Positions 56,303 through 64,000 of a DNA stretch of 64,000 nucleotides are shown piece after piece (position 1 is the first letter of the stretch; each line of letters opens with the position of its first letter). The position numbers and the translations under genes are program-made. The DNA is from a virus, in the IMG/VR virus record IMGVR_UViG_3300025529_000004, positions 5,870 through 69,869 of that record; one strand, written 5' to 3'. A model generated the notes under the pieces. That model was not told the origin of the DNA. It saw only the letters and a list, made by a program, of their open reading frames with translations, and searched no databases.

Positions 56303-57181
56303 TTGAAATTTGGGGGTGATCAGATGGCTACTAGAAAAAGTCAACCTAAAAAAGAGTGTGCTAAATGTAAAAAAACATACTCATTAACACAATTCTATGC
56401 TGCTGATCCACCGTTTTTCCCTGATGGTAGACTACATATCTGTAAAAAATGTGTTTATGAAATCATAGATGAACAAGGGTTTGATGGTTTTAAATCTTTG
56501 TTGAGATTAATAGATAAACCATTACTTAAAGAATTTTTCAATGGTAATTATAGGGATTACATAAAAATGATTCCTAGTGTTTATAAAAATTCCTCTTTTG
56601 AAGACTCGGATATGTTTAAAGAAGTTAAAACGGTGGGTAGTTTTAAGAAGTCTAAACCAAAAGAATTAACAGAAGAAGAATTTTTAGAATCTGAAGATTT
56701 TTGGGGACGAGGATTTACTGAAGATGAATACATATTTTTAAATAGTGAATTTAGTGATTATCTCAATCGATATGAAGTTGATTCTAAAGGAATGGAGACA
56801 TTAATACAAGAAATTTGTCTGACTAAATTAGACATAAGGAAAAGACGAGCCAATGGAGAAAGTGTTGATAAACAACTTAAAACATTACAGGATTTACTTG
56901 GCTCAAGTAACTTAAAGCCTGTACAAGAAACTGGTGCAAACGCAGTTGAACAAGAAACTTTTGGAACACTTATAAAAAAATATGAAAGAGAAAGACCGAT
57001 TCCCGAACCTGATCCACAATGGAAAGATGTTGATAATATTGGTAAATATCTAAGAACATTTTTCTTTGGTCATATGGCTAGAGCATTAGGAATGGAAAAT
57101 AAATTTCAAGATGAATACGAAAAAGAATTAAACAAATATACAGTAAGACCAGAAGAAGTTGATGACGATGGCGAGCTATAA
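56303..57181 (+). CDS. putative terminase small subunit (YonG-like), with zinc finger
   Basis: CAKC...CKKC; overlaps terL; position. Confidence 0.6.
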   Translation: MKFGGDQMATRKSQPKKECAKCKKTYSLTQFYAADPPFFPDGRLHICKKCVYEIIDEQGFDGFKSLLRLIDKPLLKEFFNGNYRDYIKMIPSVYKNSSFEDSDMFKEVKTVGSFKKSKPKELTEEEFLESEDFWGRGFTEDEYIFLNSEFSDYLNRYEVDSKGMETLIQEICLTKLDIRKRRANGESVDKQLKTLQDLLGSSNLKPVQETGANAVEQETFGTLIKKYERERPIPEPDPQWKDVDNIGKYLRTFFFGHMARALGMENKFQDEYEKELNKYTVRPEEVDDDGEL

Positions 57182-58955
57182 GAACTATCAGGTAGATAGA
57201 AACAAATCGGCAAGAGGATTAAACATTTTTAAAAAGGAAAGGAACTTTAGGAAAACACAAACAAAATCAGAAAGACTTATGGAAGGAATTGGTATATGGA
57301 CTTCTTATTATCGTGCTAACCCCCATAAGTTTGTAAAGGAATATTTAGGTATTCAATTAAAACTATTTCAGGTATTCCTCTTGTTTGCAATGAATGTCTG
57401 CCACTATTTTATGTACTTAGCAAGTCGTGGACAAGGGAAAAGTTTTTTATCTGCGGTTTATTGCGTTGTAAGGGCGATTCTTTATCCTGAAACAAAAATA
57501 GTTATTGCGTCAGGAACCAAAGGGCAGGCGCGTGAAATCATAGAAAAAATTGATGATATGCGTAAAAACAGTCCAAATCTCAATCGAGAAATTTCAGATT
57601 TGAAGACTAGTGCTAATGATCCAAAAGTTGAATTTCATAATGGAAGCTGGATAAAGGTTGTTGCCGCCAACGACAATGCAAGATCCAAGCGCGCCAACCT
57701 AATACTTGTTGATGAGTTTCGCATGGTTGATTTTTCTGTGATAACTAAAGTTTTAAGAAAATTTTTAGCTGCTCCAAGAAGCCCTAAATATCTTGAAAAG
57801 CCTGAATACGCTCATTTAAAAGAACGTAATAAAGAAATTTATTTGTCTTCTTGTTGGTTAAAATCTCATTGGTCATATGAAAGAATGTTAGCTTATTTTA
57901 AAGCAATGATGGAGGGGAAGAAATATTTTGTTTGCCATCTTCCTTATCAATTGGCCATCAAAGAAGGACTATTAATGAGAGAGCAAGTTTTAGATGAAAT
58001 GTCAGAATCTGATTTCGATGAAATAGCTTGGAAAATGGAAATGGAAGCATTGTGGTTTGGTGAATCAGAAAAGGCATTTTTTAAATTTGATGATTTACAC
58101 AAAAATAGAAAAATAGGTAAAGCTGGATATCCGAAAGATATTTTAGAGTTAGTTAATGATAAATCATTTTCTTTAGATAAAAAGGCAAATGGTGAATTAA
58201 GATTGCTTACTGCTGACATTGCAACAATGAGTGGTAAAGAAAATGATGCTTCTGCTTTTTTTGTTTTAAGATTAGTCCCAACAAAACAAGGATATGAAAG
58301 ACAGGTAATATACGCTGAGAACATTGAAGGTGGACATACAGGCGATCAAGCTATGAGAATTAGACAATTATTTTATGATTTTGATTGTGATTATATTGTC
58401 TTAGATACTCAAAATGCCGGAATTGGTGTATATGATCAATTAGTTTTACCTCAAATGGATTATGAAAGAGGGATTGAATACGAACCTTTAAATTGTATTA
58501 ATGATGAAAAAATGCAAGAGCGATGTGTTTATCAAGATGCCCCAAAAGTCATTTATAGCATAAAAGCAAATACTCAATTTAATAGTGAAATAGCCGTTCT
58601 TCTTAAGGATGCTTTTAAAAGAGGAAAAATTAAACTTCTAGTAAAAGAAAATGAAGCTGAAGAATTTCTAAGAAGTCATAAATCATATAACGATTTAGAC
58701 GAAGAAATTAAAGTCAAATTGAAACTACCTTATGTACAAACCACTCTATTAATTAATGAAATGGTTAATCTTGAAGGAGAAAGAAATCCTGATTCGGGTG
58801 TAATTAAAATTAAAGAACAAGGAAGAAACCGAAAAGACAGATATAGTAGTCTGGCTTATGGAAATTATATTGCGAATGAATTGGAAAGAGAATTATTAAA
58901 AGATGATAATGTAAGTGTAGATGACTATCTATTCTTTATGTCATCAGGTTTTTAA
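57159..58955 (+). CDS. terL: terminase large subunit (YonF-like)
   Basis: ASRGQGKS Walker A, ILVDEF Walker B, ADIAT nuclease motif, [10 protein letters not shown]. Confidence 0.92.
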   Translation: MMTMASYKNYQVDRNKSARGLNIFKKERNFRKTQTKSERLMEGIGIWTSYYRANPHKFVKEYLGIQLKLFQVFLLFAMNVCHYFMYLASRGQGKSFLSAVYCVVRAILYPETKIVIASGTKGQAREIIEKIDDMRKNSPNLNREISDLKTSANDPKVEFHNGSWIKVVAANDNARSKRANLILVDEFRMVDFSVITKVLRKFLAAPRSPKYLEKPEYAHLKERNKEIYLSSCWLKSHWSYERMLAYFKAMMEGKKYFVCHLPYQLAIKEGLLMREQVLDEMSESDFDEIAWKMEMEALWFGESEKAFFKFDDLHKNRKIGKAGYPKDILELVNDKSFSLDKKANGELRLLTADIATMSGKENDASAFFVLRLVPTKQGYERQVIYAENIEGGHTGDQAMRIRQLFYDFDCDYIVLDTQNAGIGVYDQLVLPQMDYERGIEYEPLNCINDEKMQERCVYQDAPKVIYSIKANTQFNSEIAVLLKDAFKRGKIKLLVKENEAEEFLRSHKSYNDLDEEIKVKLKLPYVQTTLLINEMVNLEGERNPDSGVIKIKEQGRNRKDRYSSLAYGNYIANELERELLKDDNVSVDDYLFFMSSGF

Positions 58956-58991
58956 ACTAAATTATTTTAATATAGAAAGGAGGTAAAAAGA

Positions 58992-60521
58992 ATGTCTGAT
59001 GAGAACAAAAATATCGAAAATGAATATGAGCAATGGTTAGAAGTAGCTTCGCTGACCGATTTTTTTACTCAATATGGGTCAGGAGCATCCCTAACTGATA
59101 TTAAATTAGCTGACTTATATAGATATTTACAAAATCCATATGCACATATTCAAGAAATTCAGCGAGCTGCCAAATATTTATCAAATAAACACGGTATTTT
59201 GCGGGATGTTTTGAGAACAGTAAAATCATTGCCTAGTTTAAATTATCACCTGTATTGGTCAAGTCTCGAAAATATTAAAAAAATAAAAAAATATGAACAG
59301 GTGGTTCAAGAGTTTTTAGAAAATATTGATGTAATAAAATTTGTTCGCGATGGCTTATATGAAGTTGGTGAAATGGGGACATTAGTTGTTTGTTTACGTT
59401 CTAATAAATACTTTCAATTTTTAGATTTAGATGATTTAAGAATAAACAAACAACGTAATGGTAAATGGGTTGTAGAATATGATTTAAAAGCAATTGATTC
59501 TTATAAAAGCGTGAATGAAAAAACAATGATAATAGAATCTTTGCCTGATGAAGTAACTCTACAAAAATATAACCTCTATAGAAAAAAAGGTGAAGATTAT
59601 CGTTATGTTGAGTTAAATAATTGTCATGTTATCAATATTGATGCTAGAAGGAATTTCCCATACGGGTTACCAATGACATTGGGGGCTTGGGAATCAATCT
59701 TGCAAAAAGAAATTATAAATCGTGTTGAAAGATCAGTTGCAGATCGATTAATTAAACAAATATTGATTTTATATGCTGGGAATATGCCAGATCCAAAAAA
59801 TCCGAAAGGAAGTAAACCAGCACCTAAACCACTTATTCAAGCATACTTCAAAGAAGTAAGTCAGCTAATACAAAAGAAAGAACAAGTTAATAGTCGTTAT
59901 TCTTCTAATGACACTTCAGGCACAGGAGTTATAGCGTTACCTGAATTTTTTCAGTTAAAAGCATTAGAAATTGATACACAAATGTTTAAAAAAGAATTAT
60001 ATGAAAAAATTGATAATGAAATTTTTGCTAATCTAGGCATTTCTTCTGCAATTGTCTATGGAGGTGGCAATTCAGACTATTCTTCAGCACAAATGAACTT
60101 GGAAAAACTATTTAGATTTATTTTCACCATTTTAGAACAGTTTGAATCGATAATCAATTATCACATTAATCAATTACTTCCTAAAAATTTAAGCTGCAAA
60201 TTAATTTTTGATAGATCGACTACTATAGATAAAGAAAATAAGATAAACAATTATAAAGATTTATATATGCAAACAGGAATTGTACAACCTTGGTTGGAGA
60301 ATTTATTGGGTATTCCTTATCACTATGCTATAAATCAAGCTGAATATGAAAAGAAAGTATTAAAACTTCAAGATGTGATTTATCCTGCGGCTAATGCGTA
60401 TACCAATTCAGGTAATACTGAAGATAAAGGTGGTAGACCAGAAGAAAAAAACCCTACAAATGAAAACACAATTAAGAGTAAAACTCAAGGCGGAAATGAT
60501 AAACCTTCCCCATCTGGTTAA
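58992..60521 (+). CDS. portal protein (YonE-like)
   Basis: 509 aa immediately after terL; acidic/proline tail GGRPEEK. Confidence 0.8.
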   Translation: MSDENKNIENEYEQWLEVASLTDFFTQYGSGASLTDIKLADLYRYLQNPYAHIQEIQRAAKYLSNKHGILRDVLRTVKSLPSLNYHLYWSSLENIKKIKKYEQVVQEFLENIDVIKFVRDGLYEVGEMGTLVVCLRSNKYFQFLDLDDLRINKQRNGKWVVEYDLKAIDSYKSVNEKTMIIESLPDEVTLQKYNLYRKKGEDYRYVELNNCHVINIDARRNFPYGLPMTLGAWESILQKEIINRVERSVADRLIKQILILYAGNMPDPKNPKGSKPAPKPLIQAYFKEVSQLIQKKEQVNSRYSSNDTSGTGVIALPEFFQLKALEIDTQMFKKELYEKIDNEIFANLGISSAIVYGGGNSDYSSAQMNLEKLFRFIFTILEQFESIINYHINQLLPKNLSCKLIFDRSTTIDKENKINNYKDLYMQTGIVQPWLENLLGIPYHYAINQAEYEKKVLKLQDVIYPAANAYTNSGNTEDKGGRPEEKNPTNENTIKSKTQGGNDKPSPSG

Positions 60522-60535
60522 AAGAGGTGATAAAA

Positions 60536-60667
60536 ATGAAGGGATATAAGCCTAAAAATTTTGAAGCAAACAATAAAAGCAAATTAAGTTTGTTGGAATT
60601 AGGATCAGTAAAATGCGAATGTGAAGAAAACTGTGAATGCGATGAGTGTAAAAAGAAAATTAAATAA
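60536..60667 (+). CDS. small Cys-rich protein (43 aa, not in ORF track)
   Basis: RBS GAGGTG; MKGYKPKNF...KCECEENCECDECKKKIK*. Confidence 0.5.
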   Translation: MKGYKPKNFEANNKSKLSLLELGSVKCECEENCECDECKKKIK

Positions 60668-60708
60668 TAATGAATTAGCAGCACCTGAAAGGAGGTGAAA
60701 GTTGGAGA

Positions 60709-62163
60709 ATGAGTGACAGATTAACTCTTGCCTCTAAAATCCTAGAATTGAATGAAAATTCCAATGATATTTACATGACAGTTAAATTATGTATACTTTC
60801 CAATCAAGTAAATTATAATAATGCACTTTTTACTGATGACTTTATACAAGGTGTAATTGACAATAAGTCAAAATACATAGGTATTCCTTTGGTTGCAAAT
60901 AAGGTTAAGCTTGAAAACGGTGTATACGATAATTTAACTCATGAATACAGCAATGGAGAACTAAATACTGATATTATTGGAAGTTTTATAGATTTCTGGG
61001 AAGAAACAGATGAATCAAATGCTAAACTGCTTATGGGTGAAGCACGTATTTTCAAAAGATTCCCTTCGGTTTGTGAAGCCATTGTTGAATTATATAAAAA
61101 TAGTGACTTAGAGTTTTCATGTGAAGTTTTGATTTCGTCATATGAAAACGTGGAAGATGGTGTGAGAAGAATTCATTATAACGATGGTAACAATGCTTTA
61201 ATTGCTAGTTGTGTAGTGTCAGAACCGGCAGAATCACGTAGTCGTGCAACACTTCTTATTGCAGAAGCATATGAGAAAGATTTAAACAATCTCAGAGAGA
61301 AAGGAGATGTTGAAGTGTCAAAGGAACTATTTAATAAAGGGCAAAAAGTTAAATATCATATTGAGAAAAGTGAATTAAGTCTTGATGATATTCGAGATCA
61401 AATTTATAACCTTTTGAATCCAACTGATCCAGAAACAGAAGAAAGAAAATATAGATACTGGATTCGAGAATTATTCCAAACATACGTAATCATTGAAGAT
61501 TGGAATGAAACTGACAAGCTTTACAAAGTAAGTTATACAGTTGAAGATGAAAAGGTTACTATTGCTCCTGAGTCTGAATGGATTCAAGTTGAATTAACTT
61601 ATCAACCTATAAATGTTGATTTGAATTCATTAGTTTCTGAAAAAGAAAAGGAAATTAATGAATTACAAGATAAATTGAATAAATCAAAGGAGGATTTGGA
61701 ACTAATGTCTGAACAAAATAAAGAAAAAACACAAGAGTTAGAATCTAAAGTCGCAGAGTTACAAGAAAAAATTGATGAATTAAATGCTTTGTTAGTTTCT
61801 GAAAAAGAATCCAAAGTTGAATTGGAAGAAAAAATTAAAGAACTTAATTCTCAAATTGAGGAATTAAAACCTTACAAAGAAAACTTTGAAAAAGCTGAGA
61901 AAGAGAAAAAAGTTCAAGAATTGTCTTCTAAATATTCTAAATTGCTTTCTGAAGAAACTTTCAAATCTGAAAAGGTACAAAACGCAATTAATGAATTGAA
62001 TACAGCAGAGCTTAACAATATTGTAGTTGAAGAAGTAGCTAAACAAAAAGAAAAAGTTGAAACTGCTGAAAAAGACAATAAAGACATTCTAATCGCCGCT
62101 TCAAAACAAGGAGATTTAGTAACAAAAGATAAGCATGAGTATTGGGCTTCCCCATCTCATTAA
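60709..62163 (+). CDS. prohead protease / scaffolding fusion (YonD-like)
   Basis: N-terminal YIGIPL...FSCEV...SEPA protease-like domain; long C-terminal coiled coil. Confidence 0.75.
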   Translation: MSDRLTLASKILELNENSNDIYMTVKLCILSNQVNYNNALFTDDFIQGVIDNKSKYIGIPLVANKVKLENGVYDNLTHEYSNGELNTDIIGSFIDFWEETDESNAKLLMGEARIFKRFPSVCEAIVELYKNSDLEFSCEVLISSYENVEDGVRRIHYNDGNNALIASCVVSEPAESRSRATLLIAEAYEKDLNNLREKGDVEVSKELFNKGQKVKYHIEKSELSLDDIRDQIYNLLNPTDPETEERKYRYWIRELFQTYVIIEDWNETDKLYKVSYTVEDEKVTIAPESEWIQVELTYQPINVDLNSLVSEKEKEINELQDKLNKSKEDLELMSEQNKEKTQELESKVAELQEKIDELNALLVSEKESKVELEEKIKELNSQIEELKPYKENFEKAEKEKKVQELSSKYSKLLSEETFKSEKVQNAINELNTAELNNIVVEEVAKQKEKVETAEKDNKDILIAASKQGDLVTKDKHEYWASPSH

Positions 62164-62209
62164 TTAATAAAATAAAATAAATTATATACTTATTAAGGAG
62201 GAATTTTTA

Positions 62210-62641
62210 ATGGCAGGTTTTGTTGCTTTAGGAAATGATCAGTATCTATCTTATATCAATGCAGAAGCTAATGGGGTGAAAAATGGACAGTTTGTAGTTT
62301 TAAACCATGCAGCCAAAACAGCTTCTTTGGCTGATGCTACTACCGGAGATGGACTTGTTTATTTCGTAGTAAACGAAATTGAAACTATTGATGAACAAGG
62401 TGTTGACGATATTGATTTTGTTGTAAAACAAGGTAAATTTTTACGTCTTCACTTGCCTCAAAAAGGAGAAATTTTAGTTACTACTGAATTCAATGGTACT
62501 TTGAATGAAGGTGATGTAGTAGCTGTTGGTGTTGATGGGAAAGTAGAGGCTGTTGGTTCTCGTACTCCACAAATTAAATTTGTTGTAAAAGAAAAAACAA
62601 ATGAATATGGAACAGATACATTAAGATTACAAGTTATTTAA
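62210..62641 (+). CDS. capsid-associated/decoration protein (YonC-like)
   Basis: Small beta-rich protein between scaffold and capsid genes. Confidence 0.6.
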   Translation: MAGFVALGNDQYLSYINAEANGVKNGQFVVLNHAAKTASLADATTGDGLVYFVVNEIETIDEQGVDDIDFVVKQGKFLRLHLPQKGEILVTTEFNGTLNEGDVVAVGVDGKVEAVGSRTPQIKFVVKEKTNEYGTDTLRLQVI

Positions 62642-62680
62642 TTAAATTAAAATAATATTATAATCGGAGGTTATATACAT

Positions 62681-63664
62681 ATGAAAATCACAAAAGATTC
62701 GCGTATTGTTGAAGTATTTTCTAAAGATTTATTGAAAGCAGAAGTTGATAAAAAAGAAGTTAAAGATGCTAATGAATATATTCGTGAACTAGCGTCTAAC
62801 CCTAATCCAAACAATCGTTATGAGATTGGGCAAATTCTTCAATATGTTATTGATGAAGGTTTAACTCAACGTCTTCAATATGTTGAACAAATTGCTGATG
62901 TAAAAAATACGGGTATGGGAGAAAAAGCACAATTCAAAATTGAAGTTGATGGTTTGAAAGCGTTCTTCCAAGCCAAAAGTTCATCTACTGAACGTTCCAA
63001 AATTAGCAACAAATATGTAACTTTGGATACTGATGAAGTATCTATTCGTCCAGTAGTAAATTTCTATGAACTTCAAACAGGAAAAGTAGATTTCAACCGA
63101 ATCGCTTCTCAAGCAATTACTCAAATGGAATTAAAAATTGTAAAACGTATTCAAGATGCTGTATATGCAGCTTTCTCTGCAATGAGTACGCCTAACTATG
63201 CTTCAGGAGCAGGTTTAGTTAAAGGTACATTTGATCCAATCTTTAATGCCATGATGAGAATTGCTGGATCTGTAGCAATTGTTGGTGATATTGAAGCATT
63301 GAGTAAATTTACTGCGCTCACTGGATTTAGCAATCGTGTTCCTGATGCTTATATGGTTGAACATAACCAAAATGGAATGATTGGGCAATATTTAGGTGGA
63401 CAACTTATTAAATTAAACAATCCATTCCAAGTAAACTCTTTAACTCAAACAGAATTGCGTAGAGATTTAATTTATGTCATTCCTAATGGTGTTCCTGAAC
63501 TACGTCCTATTAAAGTTCAATTTGAGGGTGGCGTTCAAAATATTGACTCTCAAATTAACATCAATAGCAAGGAAATGGAAATGCGTTTTGATCAATATGT
63601 TGGTGTTGGTGCAGTCGGTGTACGTAAACTTATGGGAGTTTATGAAGATACAACTCTTGCTTAA
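62681..63664 (+). CDS. major capsid protein (YonB-like)
   Basis: 327 aa, position, high-expression codon style, followed by a terminator. Confidence 0.8.
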   Translation: MKITKDSRIVEVFSKDLLKAEVDKKEVKDANEYIRELASNPNPNNRYEIGQILQYVIDEGLTQRLQYVEQIADVKNTGMGEKAQFKIEVDGLKAFFQAKSSSTERSKISNKYVTLDTDEVSIRPVVNFYELQTGKVDFNRIASQAITQMELKIVKRIQDAVYAAFSAMSTPNYASGAGLVKGTFDPIFNAMMRIAGSVAIVGDIEALSKFTALTGFSNRVPDAYMVEHNQNGMIGQYLGGQLIKLNNPFQVNSLTQTELRRDLIYVIPNGVPELRPIKVQFEGGVQNIDSQININSKEMEMRFDQYVGVGAVGVRKLMGVYEDTTLA

Positions 63665-63678
63665 TAAAAATAAATTAA

Positions 63679-63710
63679 ATTGATAAGGGAGATTATTCTC
63701 CTTTATCAAT
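63679..63710 (+). terminator. terminator hairpin after the capsid gene
   Basis: ATTGATAAGGGAGA-TTAT-TCTCCTTTATCAAT. Confidence 0.7.
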
Positions 63711-63748
63711 TTATCATAAATCAGTTAAGAATACAAGGAGTGTAGTTA

Positions 63749-64000
63749 ATGAATACATATAAAGTAATAAACAATAATCCATTTAATGTTGGAATTCACT
63801 TTGCTAACGAGGCTAATCGTGAAGTCACTATTAGAGCCAATTCATTTGCTATGTTGAGTGAAAATGATATTTTGTATGCCGATTCGGTTAGCACTTTGTT
63901 TTCTAATGGAACACTTTATGTTGAAGATGAAGAATTGATGAACAAAATGGGTTACATTGAAAAAAATCCAAATACGATTTCTGAAGAAGATATCCAAAAA
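63749..64000 (+). CDS. head-module protein (YonA-like position), truncated by the window end
   Basis: RBS AAGGAG; MNTYKVINNNPFNVGIHF... open to the window end. Confidence 0.6.
   Translation, partial: MNTYKVINNNPFNVGIHFANEANREVTIRANSFAMLSENDILYADSVSTLFSNGTLYVEDEELMNKMGYIEKNPNTISEEDIQK

Larger units (their letters stand above)
1..64000. mobile_element. Segment of a large SPbeta-like temperate phage / probable phage-plasmid
   Basis: Terminase-portal-protease-capsid module, yopP/Q/R/S-like block, YonK, YonT-like toxin, YopX, plus iteron origin and TubZ/TubR. No host housekeeping genes or att junction seen. Confidence 0.9.

Noticed and set aside
178-63709. Numerous opposite-strand ORFs in the track (e.g. 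178-609, 636-944, 11529-11816, 19090-19509, 44056-44406, 50720-51004, 57947-58324)
   Set aside because: Shadow frames of well-supported genes, F/S/L-rich, with no RBS.

Overview
The whole window is part of a large, AT-rich temperate phage of a Bacillaceae-type host, with SPbeta-like gene order. About 1-46.9 kb is mostly on the minus strand. It holds many small early genes (YopX, RNase HI, MazG-like, clamp-like, nucleotidyltransferase, kinase-like), a yopP/yopQ/yopR/yopS-like lysogeny block with one intact and two catalytically degenerate tyrosine recombinases, a broken TnpB/IS1341-type remnant, and a YonT/YoyJ/SR6-like type I toxin-antitoxin locus missed by the ORF track. It also has a plasmid-type maintenance block: UvrD, six 22-bp iterons, a Rep-like gene, RecD2, an FtsK plus membrane-protein cassette, and TubZ/TubR with repeat arrays. 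From 47.1 kb the plus strand carries a sigma-region-4 protein, HU, PIN-PhoH, YonK, a phosphoesterase, ClpP, terminase, portal, protease/scaffold and the major capsid protein. The strongest unexplained signals are non-coding: (i) a ~310-nt structured RNA with a phased heptamer array directly after a coiled-coil gene (49701-50722), ending in a tRNA-like minihelix; (ii) a ~890-nt GC-enriched, multi-helix RNA-like region (54711-55600); (iii) an exact 19-mer repeated in eight promoter regions. All family names come from motif recognition by eye, and no database searches were run.
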